Source: Paraspadella gotoi
Lineage: Eukaryota; Animalia; Chaetognatha
DNA: 64,000 nucleotides
Direction of reading: 5' to 3'
Assembly (NCBI GenBank): GCA_051294375.1
Contig: CM119264.1
Location: forward strand, 11,631,030-11,695,029
The translations under genes were made by a program, and so were the position numbers. Under the pieces are notes generated by a model that was not told the DNA's origin, searched no databases, and was given only the letters and a program-made list of their open reading frames with translations. Of the stretch, positions 23,575 to 38,444 are shown in pieces (the first letter of the stretch is position 1; each line of letters begins with the position of its first letter).

Positions 23575-25735
23575 TCTGGCATTTTTTTCAACATGAAATA
23601 TGGAACAACTAAAGGCAGTCGTTTCTCGCGATCAAATTCGACTTCACCATCGCGAGTGAATCATCACTTCACCCACACCAACTCCGACAACCTCCTCGCC
23701 CTTTCCTTTTTATCTGGCGATCGGAATCTCACTTCAATGCTGCATTCTCTATCCACATAGTTCTCTTCACGCCGCTGTCGCTGCCGCCGCTGCTACAGCT
23801 CATGCGGTCTGTCAAAGTGCTCATCGGTTTTCAAACGAATCTCTTAAATCTCATTGTCGCCAATTGACAATTTTGTCATTTTCAACTTGTTTTCGGCCGA
23901 AAGGTGAAGACAGGGTTCACTCCTAAAGTCTGCATTGGCATCGTTGACTTTTTGTTAGTATTAAATTTTATTGTGACGCTAATGAGCCAGAGACAACTGA
24001 CTTAGATCGATCTTCGAATTTTTTTAAAAACCTCGTTTTCATCCTCATTGATTCAAAAGGGATAAAAAGGCTGAAAGAAAGGAATCGAGAAACTGGCGAC
24101 CAAATCGACTTTGACGATTTAACTGACATCTACATTGAAAACGACCTCATTTCGTTCGCTCATCTCGTCGTTCTTTCCTTAGTTTCTTCTGCCAAGTCAC
24201 CAGGTCGCGACTACTGATAACAACAACAAAAAAAAAANNNNNNNNNNNNNNNNNNNNNNNNNNNNNNNNNNNNNNNNNNNNNNNNNNNNNNNNNNNNNNN
24301 NNNNNNNNNNNNNNNNNNNNNNNNNNNNNNNNNNNNNNNNNNNNAACCGCCGCTGCCATCGTCGCCGTCGCCTCGCAACTGCTGTCATGACAACCGACGC
24401 CACGAGAAACAGTGGCCGTAGTTCCAACAGACGCTTAAAAGCTTTTCACCATAAACAGCGAACAGAAGCCGACGACAGAAGGAAAGAACGAAGACCATAA
24501 ATTGTGTCTCGACGGAAAACAACAAACGAGCGACCGACGGGGAAGAGACGAATAATACGGAGGCGACGAAGAAAACAGAAAAAAAAAGTCACAGGAAGAC
24601 CGAAGAATGTGAATGGAAAGAGGTAGTAAAAAATAAAAGGGAATGGATAACAATCATGAATCGACTCTGAAAGAAAGTAATTCTGAGCTGGGAAAAATAT
24701 GAAAAAGAAAATACAGGGAGTTCAAGCTCTTTTGAGACTAACTTAAAAAAATCGTTTGGACAGGTAAATAAAAAAATTATCGAATGAAAATTGGGACACT
24801 TGTAAAAAATTGTAATGATAACACAATCAATTAAAATGATCTACCTTCGCCAACCATGACCTTTAAAGGTTCAGAGAAGGCGGCGTATGCTTTTCCGACC
24901 AAGCCCGTGAGGAATTCTCTCATTTCTATCGCGATTGTTGCTGTCAGAAAGTCAACAGTTCTAGAGGGGATGCGTGGGACATTCTGTTTCTCTATTCTAC
25001 ATTTTCATATTCATATTGCTGTCAGAACAACTGCGCGGCCAAATGTCAGGAGTCATCATCCTTCATCTAAATGTTTGGAAAAATTTAAAAGCTTTAATTA
25101 CAGTGTTTGCTGTAGGCTTTTCCAGATGTATATATCGATCGAAAGAAAATTTAGCCTAGTTTCCTAATATAGTCCTTTTTTCCCTCTATCATAAATCATT
25201 TGTGTGACGTAAGCACTTGAAGTTAGTCCCATTAGAGCTGGACCTCCCTGTATAATGAATATTTTTTTTCTTTCAAAAAATCGAAAAACAAAGAAAGCAA
25301 ATACAAAGATTCCCCTCCACCAAAAAAAAAAAAAAAGAAAGATGATAACGGAGATAAAATGGAGAGACAAGTAAACGAAAATACGAACTCAGGACCAAAA
25401 AAAAAGATCAATAACTGGAAAAGACAATGAAGCGAAACGGAAGAAAGAGATAAGAAAATGACGACGTTCGGTGGAAAATGGGATCAAAGATGGATGCCTG
25501 TCGAACGAGGAGTTTCTGTAACTCTCCGATAGAGGGAAACACGGAGTAAGAGAGATGTAGGAAGAGAGGTACAAATAAAGAGGTACGTAGAAATGCGGAG
25601 AGAGCAGCGGAACAAAAAGAAAATCTTTCCGATCTTTGANNNNNNNNNNNNNNNNNNNNNNNNNATTTGACTAAAACTAAAAGGAGTGAAGAAAAAGATT
25701 CTCACCGCCATTTTCGTTTCATATTTTCCCTCGCT

Positions 25736-25842
<107 letters not shown>

Positions 25843-28800
25843 CATTCAGTCAAACTAAAACATTGGGGGCATTTTTAAAGAACCATTCCTTTCCTCTACA
25901 TACCCCTTCCCGCTTCTTTCTTCCTCCATTTGACTGACCTTACTGCCACGAAACCTTACTTTGCTGCGGGCATCTCACCTCGCTCCGACCCTGCTCCTTC
26001 TTTCCTCCCCCCTCCACCTCCCCCCAAAATACTCCACTCCATTTTCTCAACACTCAATTTTCTGGTGTCCGCGGGGCGAAAGCTTTTTCTCGATTTCCCA
26101 TTTATTTCGACACCTCGGGATTTTCGCCTTTCGTTTTTGAGCACCGACATTCTATGGCCCTCTCTCCCTCTCTCTCTCTCTCTCTCTCATCTCTCTCTCT
26201 GCATCTCTCCCTCTCTCTTCTCTCTCCTCTTCTCAAACCCTTTTCTTTTTCAGCTCCCCCATTTTGTTCGACCATTATTTTTTGTTCGAAATCAAAACAA
26301 ACCCTCGTGCGAGTGTGCGTTTCCATCGTTTACTGGCTATCCCGTCCACTAGATCTCCTCGGCACTTCTCACGCCTCCGGTATGAAAATGAACATCTGAA
26401 AAGTACTGTATATCTAAGCAACAATCTTTCAATGCGCAATTACAATTTCAATAATTCTCTAGATGACGATCCGCCACGGCGTCCCAGCCAATCAAACTTC
26501 CCAATTTTCTTCCACGCGTTCCTCTTACCACCTACCAGTTCGACCACTGTACCACCTGCGTCCCCTTCCCACCACGCCAAGGCTCATGACATTCTTCCGG
26601 TTCGAGTCGATTCTCACCCATACCGACGCATCATTTGCCAGGCGCCTTCCGAGGTCGTAGCGGCGGCCGACCGACCGAACGCGTGTGGCGTCGTCGACGC
26701 GATGCAGACCCATAGCAGTGTCGATACTATCCCCATATATTGCCCGACTGCAACCGCTAATAAGGCCGAGTTAGATACCGCCAAATACCCTAACACTATC
26801 AATACGAGATAAAGACATAATACATAATACAACAGCCAGGTCCACATAAAACAATCAACAACCTACCTGACACGATGAACACTGGCGCCGCGGACCTCCC
26901 AACAAGGATGTCATTATATCGTCTGTCATCTTCTCGATTGATTATGAAAATGAAGAAAAAGCTGTTTACAGTCCTGTCTAGTTTTTTTTTTGCGTCAGCC
27001 GCAGTTGCTAAAAAAAGAAACGCAGAGAAAAAGCGGTTAGTTAATGCTCTATTTTTTTTCTCGATATAGAAACCGCTCGCCCGGCGATGCTTCGTTTATA
27101 ACGAGCGGTGAGTTAGCCGTATAAACGACGACCGATTGGTTTCGGTTTACCTCTTATCGCCCACTTAAAACTCGAGGCGATGGGCGGCGAAATGGTGGAC
27201 TTGGCGTGCGTTTCAAGTGAGATATGGGTTGCGCCATAAACCATTTGCTTCAGATGAGATGATAAAAAAAGCGTCAGTACTTTCTGATGCGTGGAAGTCC
27301 AATTATGCTTCATGAAGTGTTTTGCTGGAGTTAGCATATTGCACTTGATTGCATTTTTTCTCCGTCGATGAAGTATAATAATTATATTTTTAAAAAATTG
27401 AAAATAAAATATTTTTTAATTATGGTTGTGTACAGCCGTTGTTATTTAAGTGCTAACAGCAGTTTATGGGTCACCGCCAATTCAGGTCTTTAGAAATATC
27501 ACAATTCAGATATTTTCCTCATTTTAACGACTACCCCTGTCTAGGCCTAAAGCACCTCATCACCTCGCTCTACCGTATTTTCTTACACTTCGTACTCTTA
27601 TCAGCCAACAAAATGTTGCCTTCCACCTACATACGACGTCTGTTTATCTTCGCAGCACACCTGAGTTTATTATTGTTCATTGTTCATGCGCTTCCATTGC
27701 TAAATCGAAATACACTCTTCCACTTCCTCGAATAACTCTCTTTTTTCTTGTCTGGACGTACCGTGTGGTCGCTGTGGGAATAAAGATAATTAATTTCATA
27801 AGAAATTCCCATAATTTATTATTCAAACTATCGGTTATTAAATAAAATATCAAGGAGATTTCTAATCTAGGTATGACATAAAGTTGTCAGTTCTATCTCG
27901 TTGGGCGACAATGAAAAACCAAAATAGCACACGGAGAAGATCCCGCTTTTTTTCCTACTCCATCTTGATTAGTACTCGCAGTTGCGAGATATGATTTACC
28001 ATAATTGCGGAGAAAAACCGGAATGTCTGAATAAAGAAAGAAAAAGCGATGAAGACAGGAAGAAGGAAAAGAGGAGAGGATTCTGGAGAGGGACGCGAAA
28101 AAAAATGAAAAGACGATGCTAAGAAAATAATGAAAGCATTCTTACAAAATTATTGAAAAGAGTAAGAAGACAAAAATGCAGTTTTCCCGGCAAGCTGTAT
28201 CATTATTTTTTTAAAGTTGGCAAACGATTAAGAGGAGGAAAAAATACATTTGTTTTATGTTTTTGTTTACTTTTCTTCAGTTAATTATAAAAAAAAAATA
28301 AAGAAACATTTACTGATTTTAGGCGATTAAGCAATATTTCCGTTACGATTTCATTATGTATACGCGACTTAAATTACATGTACGCAGTAGTTTTATTACA
28401 CTTTTGAAGGCAAACGGATATGAAGAAGACAAAGATGAATTAAATTGAATTTAAGCTTCGTGCGATTTAATCAAGACGTCTTTTGGTCGACGACCGAACT
28501 CGGATCCCAAAATACGTACTTTTGCCAGTCGACGAGAGCCGCTCGGGCCGGGCGCGAGCGCAACGCGGATGACCCCACGCTGACACTCCCACCACCTCCC
28601 AGCATCTCGCTCGTTTTCGTCGCGCCCGGGGATCCTGGAATCGCCGGCGCACAGGCGCCGCCTCGGCCGGCCCGCCGCGTTTGTGTCCGTGCGCAGAAGA
28701 CGGCCGCCCCAGCCGACGCCCCATCGCGCCATCGATCTTTACAGATAGACTCTGCACGAAATGGCAGACGGGACCATCGGAGTTTGGACGGATTAAAGTG

Positions 28801-31687
28801 ATGAAGCCTCGGCGGAGGAAGCCGAACCCTCTCCATCTCTTCTCCTATCCCGAAGCGACACCGCGCGCCACCAACGCGCGAAACTCAACATCGTTCTCCA
28901 CGGAATTCGGCGTCGAGCGCCGTGCGACAAATCGGCTGCCACGAGTCGTCGAAGGCGAAGGCGTGGCGTTGACGATTAACGGAACTGGCGATGTCTGTGG
29001 AAGACGTCCGCGCGACGTTGCGCCGAAACTGTGGATGGCGTGATAGCGGCGTCGTCAATCTTGAGGATTCGTGAGCGAAGGGTCGTCATCATTTAAGTCG
29101 CGTTCGCAGACGCCCTCGCCGAGCACTTCGACGCGCATGACCCGCCGTTTAAGACGTGTGTCGCGGCCCGATGATTGCGCCGCCACAAAGATGGCGCCAC
29201 GCGATGACGCCGAGATTCGACGTCGAACTCGAGACTTCCAGTGACACGAGCACACGGAAATTTGGCCAGAATTGGCGTGAGGGTTGGAGCGAATCTTGGA
29301 AAGAGCGGCGGGAAATGTTGGCGGTCGGGAAAGAGTATGATCGAGACCTTTTGTGTTGTTTGTTTTTCATGGGTATTCGCTGTCATGCTACGTATTTGTT
29401 TAGTTCAGGCCGACTCAATTGCTGGAGAACAGTAAAGGCGTATTGGGGTTTGTTCACTGTTCAATTGGTTTGAACAATGACCAACCTTTGAACCAATCTT
29501 TTCTTTCGTCGATGTTATGTCTTCGACTTTTCCGCAAAGCGACGTGATTGTCCGATTGTTCCGTAACAAAGTCTGATTCGACGATGCCTGTTTTGTTTTT
29601 CCTCCCCAAGCGTTGTTCAACTGGGTTTTATTCAATTATTAATATTAGAGAATTTAAAATTTCGAAAATAATATTATTAATCCGATTGTTATTCTAGTGG
29701 ATTAAATACGCATATGATATTAGACACATTAAAATCTTTTTTTCGGTAATAAAAAGACTTAAAATTTCGTGAAATAAAACAGAATTCAGTTTAAATACTT
29801 GGAAGCTGTTGTGATTTTTGGTAGGTTTAATTTCGGTGGTTTCGACGTTACTGAGCTGCGGCTGAAATGTCCGAAGAAAAAAATTGTTCTTAGTGTGCCT
29901 ATTTGTGCAATTAACAAAATATTATTCGCTTTATCATAAAAGATCAGTTGTTTGTTTTGGAATAATCTAGAATTTAGATCAAGAGAGCTGCAATAATTTG
30001 CAGTCCTTACCTCTGGATGCATATTGGCCTTTTTTTGAGCCGCATACTCGAGTCAGAAAGGCAAGCGTCGAAAAAAAGAATAAGCATAATGATCCGATAT
30101 ATTTCATTACCGAAAAAATTCCAAATCTTTAAAATCTATCTCAGATTTAAAATTATCATTAATTGACACCCGGAAATTCAAACACCAGTCTCGGTTGCAT
30201 TTAAAACTAGGTTTTCCTGACTTCAAACATTTTTACATTCGAAGATTCTTCAGTTAGTCATGCTGTTATGGATTTTATAATTTAAAATCGCCGTAGGTTT
30301 TGCATGATATGGCCCGAAAAATTGGCCAGAAATTGGTCCAACCAATAGTTGACATTAGCTTTTCTTCCTCAGAACTGATCAGTGATCACCTCTTTTTTAA
30401 GGTTGTTCACTGATCCCACGGCCCGCTTCGACAGAGGGTCAACTCCCGCGACCCCTTCTGTCGTCGACCTTTTCTTCGGAAGGATTAAAACCTCATTCTC
30501 CCTTCTCGCCGTAGTCGTCGTTCGTCGTCTTGACCAGAATTGTTCACTTCCTGTTCTCTACTTCTTCATATGAAAATTAAATCGACTGATCCTCTTGTCG
30601 GAATCAAAACAAACCGAGAATTGAGTATTAGTTAAGATTTATAAACAAGTATAATAAAACTGTTTCGCATTTCCCTTTCTTCGCTTTTATCTTCTCCATC
30701 CATTCTCCAGAGATCTCGTCTCCCACCATTGTTTCACCAGAATTGGGTCGCCTCTGCCTCCCCGCCCGCTGTTTGGTCGCTGAATAAGCCGGGTACGATC
30801 AACTTAACCGGTTTCTCTCTCTCTCTCTCTCGTCTCCTCTACTCTCTCTCTCTTTCTCTCTCCTCTCTTCTCTCAACTTTCCAAAGCCTACTTTTTTTGC
30901 CCCTGCTTGATAACTTATCCTGCCTCCGAACGTGATCGCCTTTCCTCACGACGTTTTCTCCGTTGATGAAATTGTCGTCGGACGTTGATGGTGAAAAACA
31001 GAAGGTTGCTGACTAAAGCGAAAGATGTAACGACGGAAATTTGGTTTCAGTTTTGGCTTGATTTTTTTAAAAAATTGGGTGGTAATATTAAACCTTTCTG
31101 ATCGGTCGATAATTAAGACGGAACTAGCATTTTTAACAGCATGGTACACCTAAATAAAACTTTAAATGACTTTCATTTGGAAATATGCGTTAAGATCGGC
31201 AAAAACCAGAGGAGACGATTTGAACCTGATTTCCATACGGAGCAAAAGACTTCATCGCAAAGAAAATTTCGAGGCAGGTTATCGTTCTCTTAATTTTTCT
31301 TTCTCGCTTCGCGGAAGCTGAAAAAAAAAATTGGCGGTGTACACATTGAATAAAACTTTTTATATAATCTCTTCCATCCCAGACATCATATTTTTGCCGA
31401 ATATTCTCGGCGGCGATTCTCCGTCCATCTCGTGCTCGCTCCCTCCGATACAAACATTTCGTCCTTAACTTTTCCCTTCAAGGTGAGGCTATAAATCTAA
31501 TGGAAAAGAAAGGAGAGAGGAGGTAAAAGTCGGAAATAAGCCAAAAATAAAATGGGAATTACACTTGACGTTTTTTTTTTCCAGGCGAAACGAATGGCTA
31601 AATAAAAGGCGCGTTTTGTAACACTTGGAAAAAGGAGGTGACAGGTTGAAAAGGAATTTCGAGGGAGTGGAGGGAGATTGATCGGTA

Positions 31688-31690
31688 GAA

Positions 31691-31742
<52 letters not shown>

Positions 31743-31744
31743 AA
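31688..31744. repeat. (GAAA)n microsatellite
   Basis: Perfect tetranucleotide run. Confidence 0.97.
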
Positions 31745-32270
31745 AAAAAAAGGATAATTACATTGAAGTCATACGAGCGCTTGACTAGAAAAAAAAATCA
31801 AGTCATCTTTCCGGTCCGTTCTACATAAATAACAAATTTAAGAGTACTTATGTAATATAAAACTCGAACTTGACTAAAGGAAAACCAGAAGCCGGATTGA
31901 AATTTCTTTAATTATGAGAACATTTGAAAAAAAAAAAAAAAACCAGCTATTGTAATCGGGAAAAAAATTAAATTAAAAAGTTGAGAAAAATAAGCGCCGA
32001 TAAAAAAAGAGGAACACAGATAACCCGCTCGACGAGGAAAAAATTATGTCGAAAATAGTTTCCTCTCCGAAGGCAATCGACCTAAAATTGAAAAAAAAAG
32101 AGGAAAAAAAGGAGAAAAAGAAAGAAAAAAATAAAAAAGGAAAAAAATTGAAAGAATTCCCGTTCGAAACCCGAGAAAAGAACATGAAAAGGCCGCCGAA
32201 CTATTTAAGCCTCGCTGATGTTAACGGAAGGAAAAAATTCATGAATTCATCAAAAAAAGAGCGAGAGAAT

Positions 32271-32302
<32 letters not shown>

Positions 32303-32483
32303 GAAGAGAGAGAGAGAGCTGAGGGACTAAGAATAAGAAGAGAGAGAGAGAGAGAGTTTGCTTTTTCTTTTTTGGGAGTCACACTGTATTCAGGGAATAG
32401 TGGATCAAAAACAAGAGGAAACAAATAAGAGAGAGGCATCTAGAAAGGCAGGGAATAACGAGAGACAAGAGGCTTAAAGAACA

Positions 32484-32556
<73 letters not shown>

Positions 32557-34872
32557 CTGCAAGCGAAAACGATGGAGAGAGGGGTGGAGATCGAAGGAGT
32601 AAAAAGATAAGTGAGGCTAAATGAGGTTCCTCTAGATACTAAAACAAGGGAAGATAAAAGAAAAACAAAGGACAAAATAAAGGGGAAAAAAGCGGAGCTT
32701 CGGGATAAAGAAAAAAAAATGAAAAAGTAGATTGAAGGAGGGAAATAGAGACTCTACCCTTTTTTTTCTTTTCTTTTGCTTTTTTTTTCTTCTTCAGACC
32801 GTGAGTTCGGGGACCTCTAAAGCTTCCGGTCTAAGTCGCGCTTTTATTAAGATTATATTGACCATCGCTTTCACTTATTGCTGATAGAGGCGTCATTAAG
32901 AATAAAAGAGTAAATAAACAAAAGTCGAATATATTGCAGCCCAAATTCTATGATCTCAAATTTTGGGAAAACTTGAATAAATGGAATTTGCAGTTTGACG
33001 ACGAGAGAAGCAGAAGATGTGAATTTGTGACTCGAAGAAGAAGAAGTGGGACCGAGTTGAGGGCGAAGTCAAAACGTGATGGTGGTGAGAATGACGAGGA
33101 AAAAACAACTACAAAAGCGGGCGGAGAGAAAAGAAAAGAAAAGGAGAGAAACAAAAACAAAAAAAAAAGAGGTGAAAGGAAAAAAAGTTTAAAATGTGAA
33201 AAAAAAGTAGAGAAGAGGCGCTGAAAAACAAAATGGCGAAAAAACGTGAGCGAAACGGAGTAAAAGATGACAAAGTGAAAAAAAACATCTTTTGTCTTCG
33301 TCGACTCTTAAATTTGCTTTTAGTCTGTTTTTTTTTTTTTTTTGTGTAACTTCTTAAACTTTCTTTATTTGACTCGCGGGTCGCCTCGATCTCGTTTTAG
33401 TGCTCACTGATAAGAACGATGCGCATTTGCTTTTGTTTTGTTTTTTTCTTGCTTCTATATTTTCTTGAACATTTCCTCAATTTGTCCATGGACGGAATGA
33501 ATGCATGCACGAGTGCACGTATCATGTTATAGTGAATTAAACATTTTCTTTCCATAATTACGTTCTAGTTATGAAAGTTTTCATTATCATCCAGACGTAT
33601 TATAAATTTCTTTGGATGAGTAGTTCCTATTTCCCTCGCCATTGCTGTTTACAGTAGTTGAGGCAAATGCACGCAAGTCAAAGTTAAAAGGATTTCCATC
33701 TCTTCCTTCTCCCGAACAGTTACTCAATGTCTATCAGCCTTTTCAGTTTCAACGTACAGTAACAGTTTTTTTTTTTCTTTTGCATTTTTCCTTTTTATTT
33801 TGTCTTTTGTTTTTGTCTCCTCAATTTTCAAGTCATATTTTCTTCCGGTTGGGTCTCATTTCACCAACATCTTCCTTCCCATATAGATTCAACTATTAAC
33901 CCCCTTGGAAACTAACTCAACTTCTTTCCCCAATTTACCATTGATTTAAATTATATTTCTTTATATTCTTTGGCTTTCCCCAATCCAACTATCCAACTTC
34001 TTTCACCTTCTATTTATCTTTTTACTAGAACCCTTTATTCCCTCAGCGATTCCATTTTCTCTCGACTCCCAATTCTGTTCGTCGAGCTGTCCCAACCCCC
34101 TTTTCTCAACACCCCCTTGGATCTCCACCTCCCTCTTTCCATTTTCAACTTTTTGTGTCGCGGAAGTTTCGCGCGAGTTTTCGCATTTTTTTGTTTTTTG
34201 TTGATATTTTTTTGTTTATGATTTCTTTAGAGTTTTCCCTCTGCTACGTTTCCGCTTCGCCGAACCCGAATTTCGACTTTCGTCCCACTTTTCACGAATG
34301 TGGGAAAAGTTCCGGACGAACGGAGTTGAAGGAAAGGAAGGAGAAACACGCGTCGTCCTGTATGGCGCTGTGAACGAGTGAGAATGGCGCAGTGATATCG
34401 AGGCGAAATGACGCAATCCCGTCGCCGACATGGAATGGATGTAAGAACCGACTCAAGAGGCCTAATGACGAAATAACTAATCTCTTTTCATGCAATGACT
34501 GCTTTTCGCTTCGAAATGAAACGGAGAAGGGAGAATGCCCTGAGGACGAGCCCAATCTGAGAATTGCAATGCGTGAAATCTCTTATATCACTTTTGAAAG
34601 AGGACTGTATTTGAGATAAAATTGCTGGCTGTTAGTCAGAACGTTTGGTAGTAGGAAACAAGAAATGAAAGTGCTGGCTGTAAAAGCATTAGAAAAAAAT
34701 GATTATGTGATAAGTGATAATCTGGGACCTTTTTATGCAAGAGAGAGAAAAGAGAGAGAGAAGAGAGAAGAGAGAGAGAGAGAGAGAGAAAGATCACTCT
34801 GAATGCGACTGATGATCTGCACAAATCGCAGAGGAAATGGCCGCGCTAGCTCTTCCTCTCATAAAGTCGAGT

Positions 34873-34904
<32 letters not shown>

Positions 34905-35177
34905 GAGACAGAGAAACAGAGAAAGGAAATAAAAGCTAAAAGAATCGTATCTTCGTCTCAGCTGCATTGATTCCCATGACCAATTTCTGATGAAGGATGA
35001 GGAAATAGGGATGAACAACAGATACAGAATTAGCTAAACCTATAATAGCAGAAAAGAGGAAATTTATATTGATGGCGGCATATTTCCCAACTGTTGGAAA
35101 CTAATACAAACATACAATAATTCCAATCTCAGAGAACTCGAGCAAAGTGTCTATTCCCCTTTCAATACAACGACCCT

Positions 35178-35256
<79 letters not shown>

Positions 35257-35315
35257 GACGAGAGAGGAGAGAGAGACTAATGAGAAAGCTAAAAGAACAA
35301 CAAGACGAAGACGAA

Positions 35316-35352
<37 letters not shown>

Positions 35353-37406
35353 CGCCGGGAAAGTGATGACGGCGTCCATGGGGATATTAATGGTGCACTA
35401 CAAGTCTACCACCGTTTCTCTGAGAATTTGGGACAGAAATACGTTTTAGAAATCCCGTTTTTTTCGCAAGTAAGAAAACTCTGGGAGAAAGACATGAAGA
35501 AAGATCATGAAAAAAATATTATAAACGAAAAAAGAAAGAAAGAAAATGAATGAAAATAAAATAAAAAAGGACGAAGAAATAAAAATTAAAAAAAGAAACA
35601 AAGCGGAAGAATAAATGATAAAAAAGAATGGTAGAAGTAAAGAAAAAATGAAAGTAAAAAATATACTTAACTTTGTCTTTGCAAGAAAAGAAGAAAAATA
35701 ATTCCTAATTCCTAATTCCTTGTCGCGGTTGTTGTCGTTGTTGTTGTCGCCGCAGAACCGTGAATTTCCATTACGCCTATTTTGGGTTATTAGATTGCGA
35801 AACCTACGAGTACAGTTAAAGAATAAGCGCATCGAATTTCTTTTTAGAAAACAGAAAAAACAAAGAAACATAAAAAAACAGAAAGAAGAGAGAGAAGCGA
35901 ATTCTTTGGAGATTCGTTTCCCCGTTTTTGTTTTCCTTGTTGGCGTTGTTTAGTCTAAGAGAGGATCTCGTCTCGCGACCCGATCAACTCTCACTTTCCC
36001 GGGGGCGCCAGAGTTGAAGAGAAAAAAGGGGTTCTAGATCCCATCGGAATCTGGACCCGGCGACGAGCAGGTGTCGGGCAGATGCCGACCAGGTGCCGGT
36101 CGAGCGTTGACAGAAGAAGTTGGCGAGTCTTGTCGAAAACAAGCGCTGGTTTCTCTCCTCACTATGCATCTTTTACGAGACGGGGAATTTCGTCGGTCCC
36201 TCGACTCTCGCGCGCGAACGACCGCGATAAAAGCGTGAATTTTCACTCTCCCGAATTACGTTACTGTGATTAGCTTTTGCAATGGCGGACACCCTTCTAT
36301 CGGGCATTTCCGTGAAGAAAAAATAACAGAAAACAAATTGAGGCGATTGAGAAGAGAAAACAAATTAATTAAACCCAGGAAATGGAGGCAGAAGTGTGAA
36401 GTAAAGAACAAACAAAGACATTCAGAAAGAAACGAAAGAAAAAGAAATTAGATTGAAAAAGAGGAAATAAAGGAATAGGATTATAAGAAGAAAAGGTATC
36501 AAACGCGATAGAGAAAAGAAATTTATCCGAGGAGAGAGGTTTAAAAAAGGTGCAAAATAAAGGAGAAGACGCGAGGAAAAGAGAGAAAAAAGAAAGAGAG
36601 AAAAAAAAGAAAGAGAAAAAAAAAAGAATAAAGGTGTAGATGTTTTTTTTCTAAACGTGGAGAAAGCGGTGTGTGAGACAAAAATAGAGAGAGCTTGTAA
36701 AACAGGTGGGGAGGGTAGTATAGGGCAGGCAGAGAAAAAAAGAAAAAAAAAAAACCTCCGAGAAAATAGGTGGATATTCGTCTCCGCTAAAAGCGACAGA
36801 CGTCGAGGCCTGGGAAAACACTATTCTTTAAAATGTTTTGCATAACAAAAGGGGTGTTTATTTTTCGTCATAGACGGACGACCTAAAAAAAGTCTAGAGC
36901 GCGAGATGTAGAAGCTCGAAGCTTGGCGCGTTTTCGAACTCGCATTGTACTTCGTAGTTTTGTTACCCTATGTGCAAGAAACGTTATTGGTTTCGTTTTT
37001 TGGGGTTTCTTTGCGGTAGTTTTTTTTTTCTTTTTTTGTCGTTAACGTCAAAGTCGGAGTCAGTTATTTACGTTCTTTTCTTCCTTTTATCGCATCACTG
37101 TTTTACTCTACTCATCACTGTTCTCTGTTTCTTCCTCGCCTTCGTTACTTTTGTTTATCTTCTCACGCTCTCTGTCTTCTAAAACCCGTCCCTCACAAAT
37201 TATTTTTTCTCCTACCCTTTCCTTTTTTCTAGCGGTCAAAAGGACTGAACTTTCTTTTTCTCTTCACTTCCCACTCAGTTTCTCAAAACCGCAGTTTCCC
37301 TCTTTCTTACATTACCCCACCTCAGTTTTTTTTTCTTGCTTCCTTTCCTCTCCTATCTTTGCTCCTTTCTTTCTTTCCTTTTCCTACCCAACCTTTCCTT
37401 CCTCAC

Positions 37407-37862
37407 CTTTCAGTCTCGACGGCGAACTGCGGGTCCCTGCACAAGATCTTCGGCGTGAAGACGATGTTGAGATGTTCGTAGGAGCACCCGGCGAGAGGTG
37501 CGTCCTCGGCCGCCAGCCAGGGGTGTCGGACGTGACAAGTGAGTCGCTTCCCGTGATCACGAAAGTCAGGCCTCACCACCAACGCGCTCTTTACCAAGAA
37601 TCCCTCCGCGGTGAGATTCCCGAGTCCCTCGCGGCGGCCGAGCGTCCAGGAGATGGAAGGCCGAGGCCCACCCGCCGTCAACACCTTGCACTCGTAGAGG
37701 TAGGTGATCTTCTCGCGGAGGGTGGCCACTTTGGGGTTGCAATTGGCCGCCGACACCACCACCAAGGATGCCATGAAGGAGTTGCCGCACTTATAGGAGC
37801 CGGAGTCGGGGAGTTGGACGTCCGTGATGTAGAGAAAGTAGGTGTGTCCGATGCTGTTGAAC
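37407..37862 (-). CDS. IgSF receptor exon E3 (end of Ig1, complete CD80-like C2 Ig2, start of Ig3); nephrin/kirre/sidestep-like domain pair
   Basis: Acceptor ccccatcag|G, donor GAAAG|gtgagg, 456 nt, phase 2-2. Reads FNSIGHTYFLYITDVQLPDSGSYKCGNSFMASLVVVSAANCNPK…YECKVLTAGGPRPSISW…SALVVRPDFRDHGKRLTCHVRHP…GCSYEHLNIVFTPKILCRDPQFAVETE. Contains the canonical L-x-I-x-x-V-x-x-x-D-S-G-x-Y-x-C and D-H-G-x-x-L-T-C-x-V-x-H-P Ig motifs. Confidence 0.92.
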
Positions 37863-38444
37863 CTGATGGGGCGAAAAGGGGATGGAACGAAGATGGAATG
37901 GAAGGAAGAAAGAGATTTTGAGTCTTGATTGATCTCATCTCAAAGTCTAAAAATAGAATCCTCATTCGCGAATTAATTTTGACGATTATTTCCCAGAATT
38001 GTTTCGATGAATAAAAAATGAGCGAACTTCAGTCCCCCTCTCGTTTCCTCTCACGGCCCCATGATCTCGACGGATCATTTGGGGATCAACGATGAAATCA
38101 AATCGGGAGCGAGACGGCGATGATGTCAGAAGTGAGGGCGATAGTGATAGATGTGATGGCGATGGTGATTTAAACGATGATACGAGACTAAAGAAATGTC
38201 AGATAAACCGAGTTCCCTTTCGAATTCATTTACGCAGTAAAATGTGTCAAGTAAGATGAGATTTAGAATTAAATCAAAACCTTTTTTCCACGCCCCCGTT
38301 TCCATTAAAAAANNNNNNNNNNNNNNNNNNNNNNNNNNNNNNNNNNNNNNNNNNNNNNNNNNNNNNNNNNNNNNNNNNNNNNNNNNNNNNNNNNNNNNNN
38401 NNAATAAATTTCGAGCATCTCGAGAGACTTGTTGAGATGATGAG

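Noticed and set aside
34801-34860. Hammerhead-like core CTGATGA-tctgc/gcaga-GGAAA
   Set aside because: There is an extra G before GAAA, and no stem III, UH cleavage site or stem I partner can be formed. Other CTGANGA hits also lack stem II.
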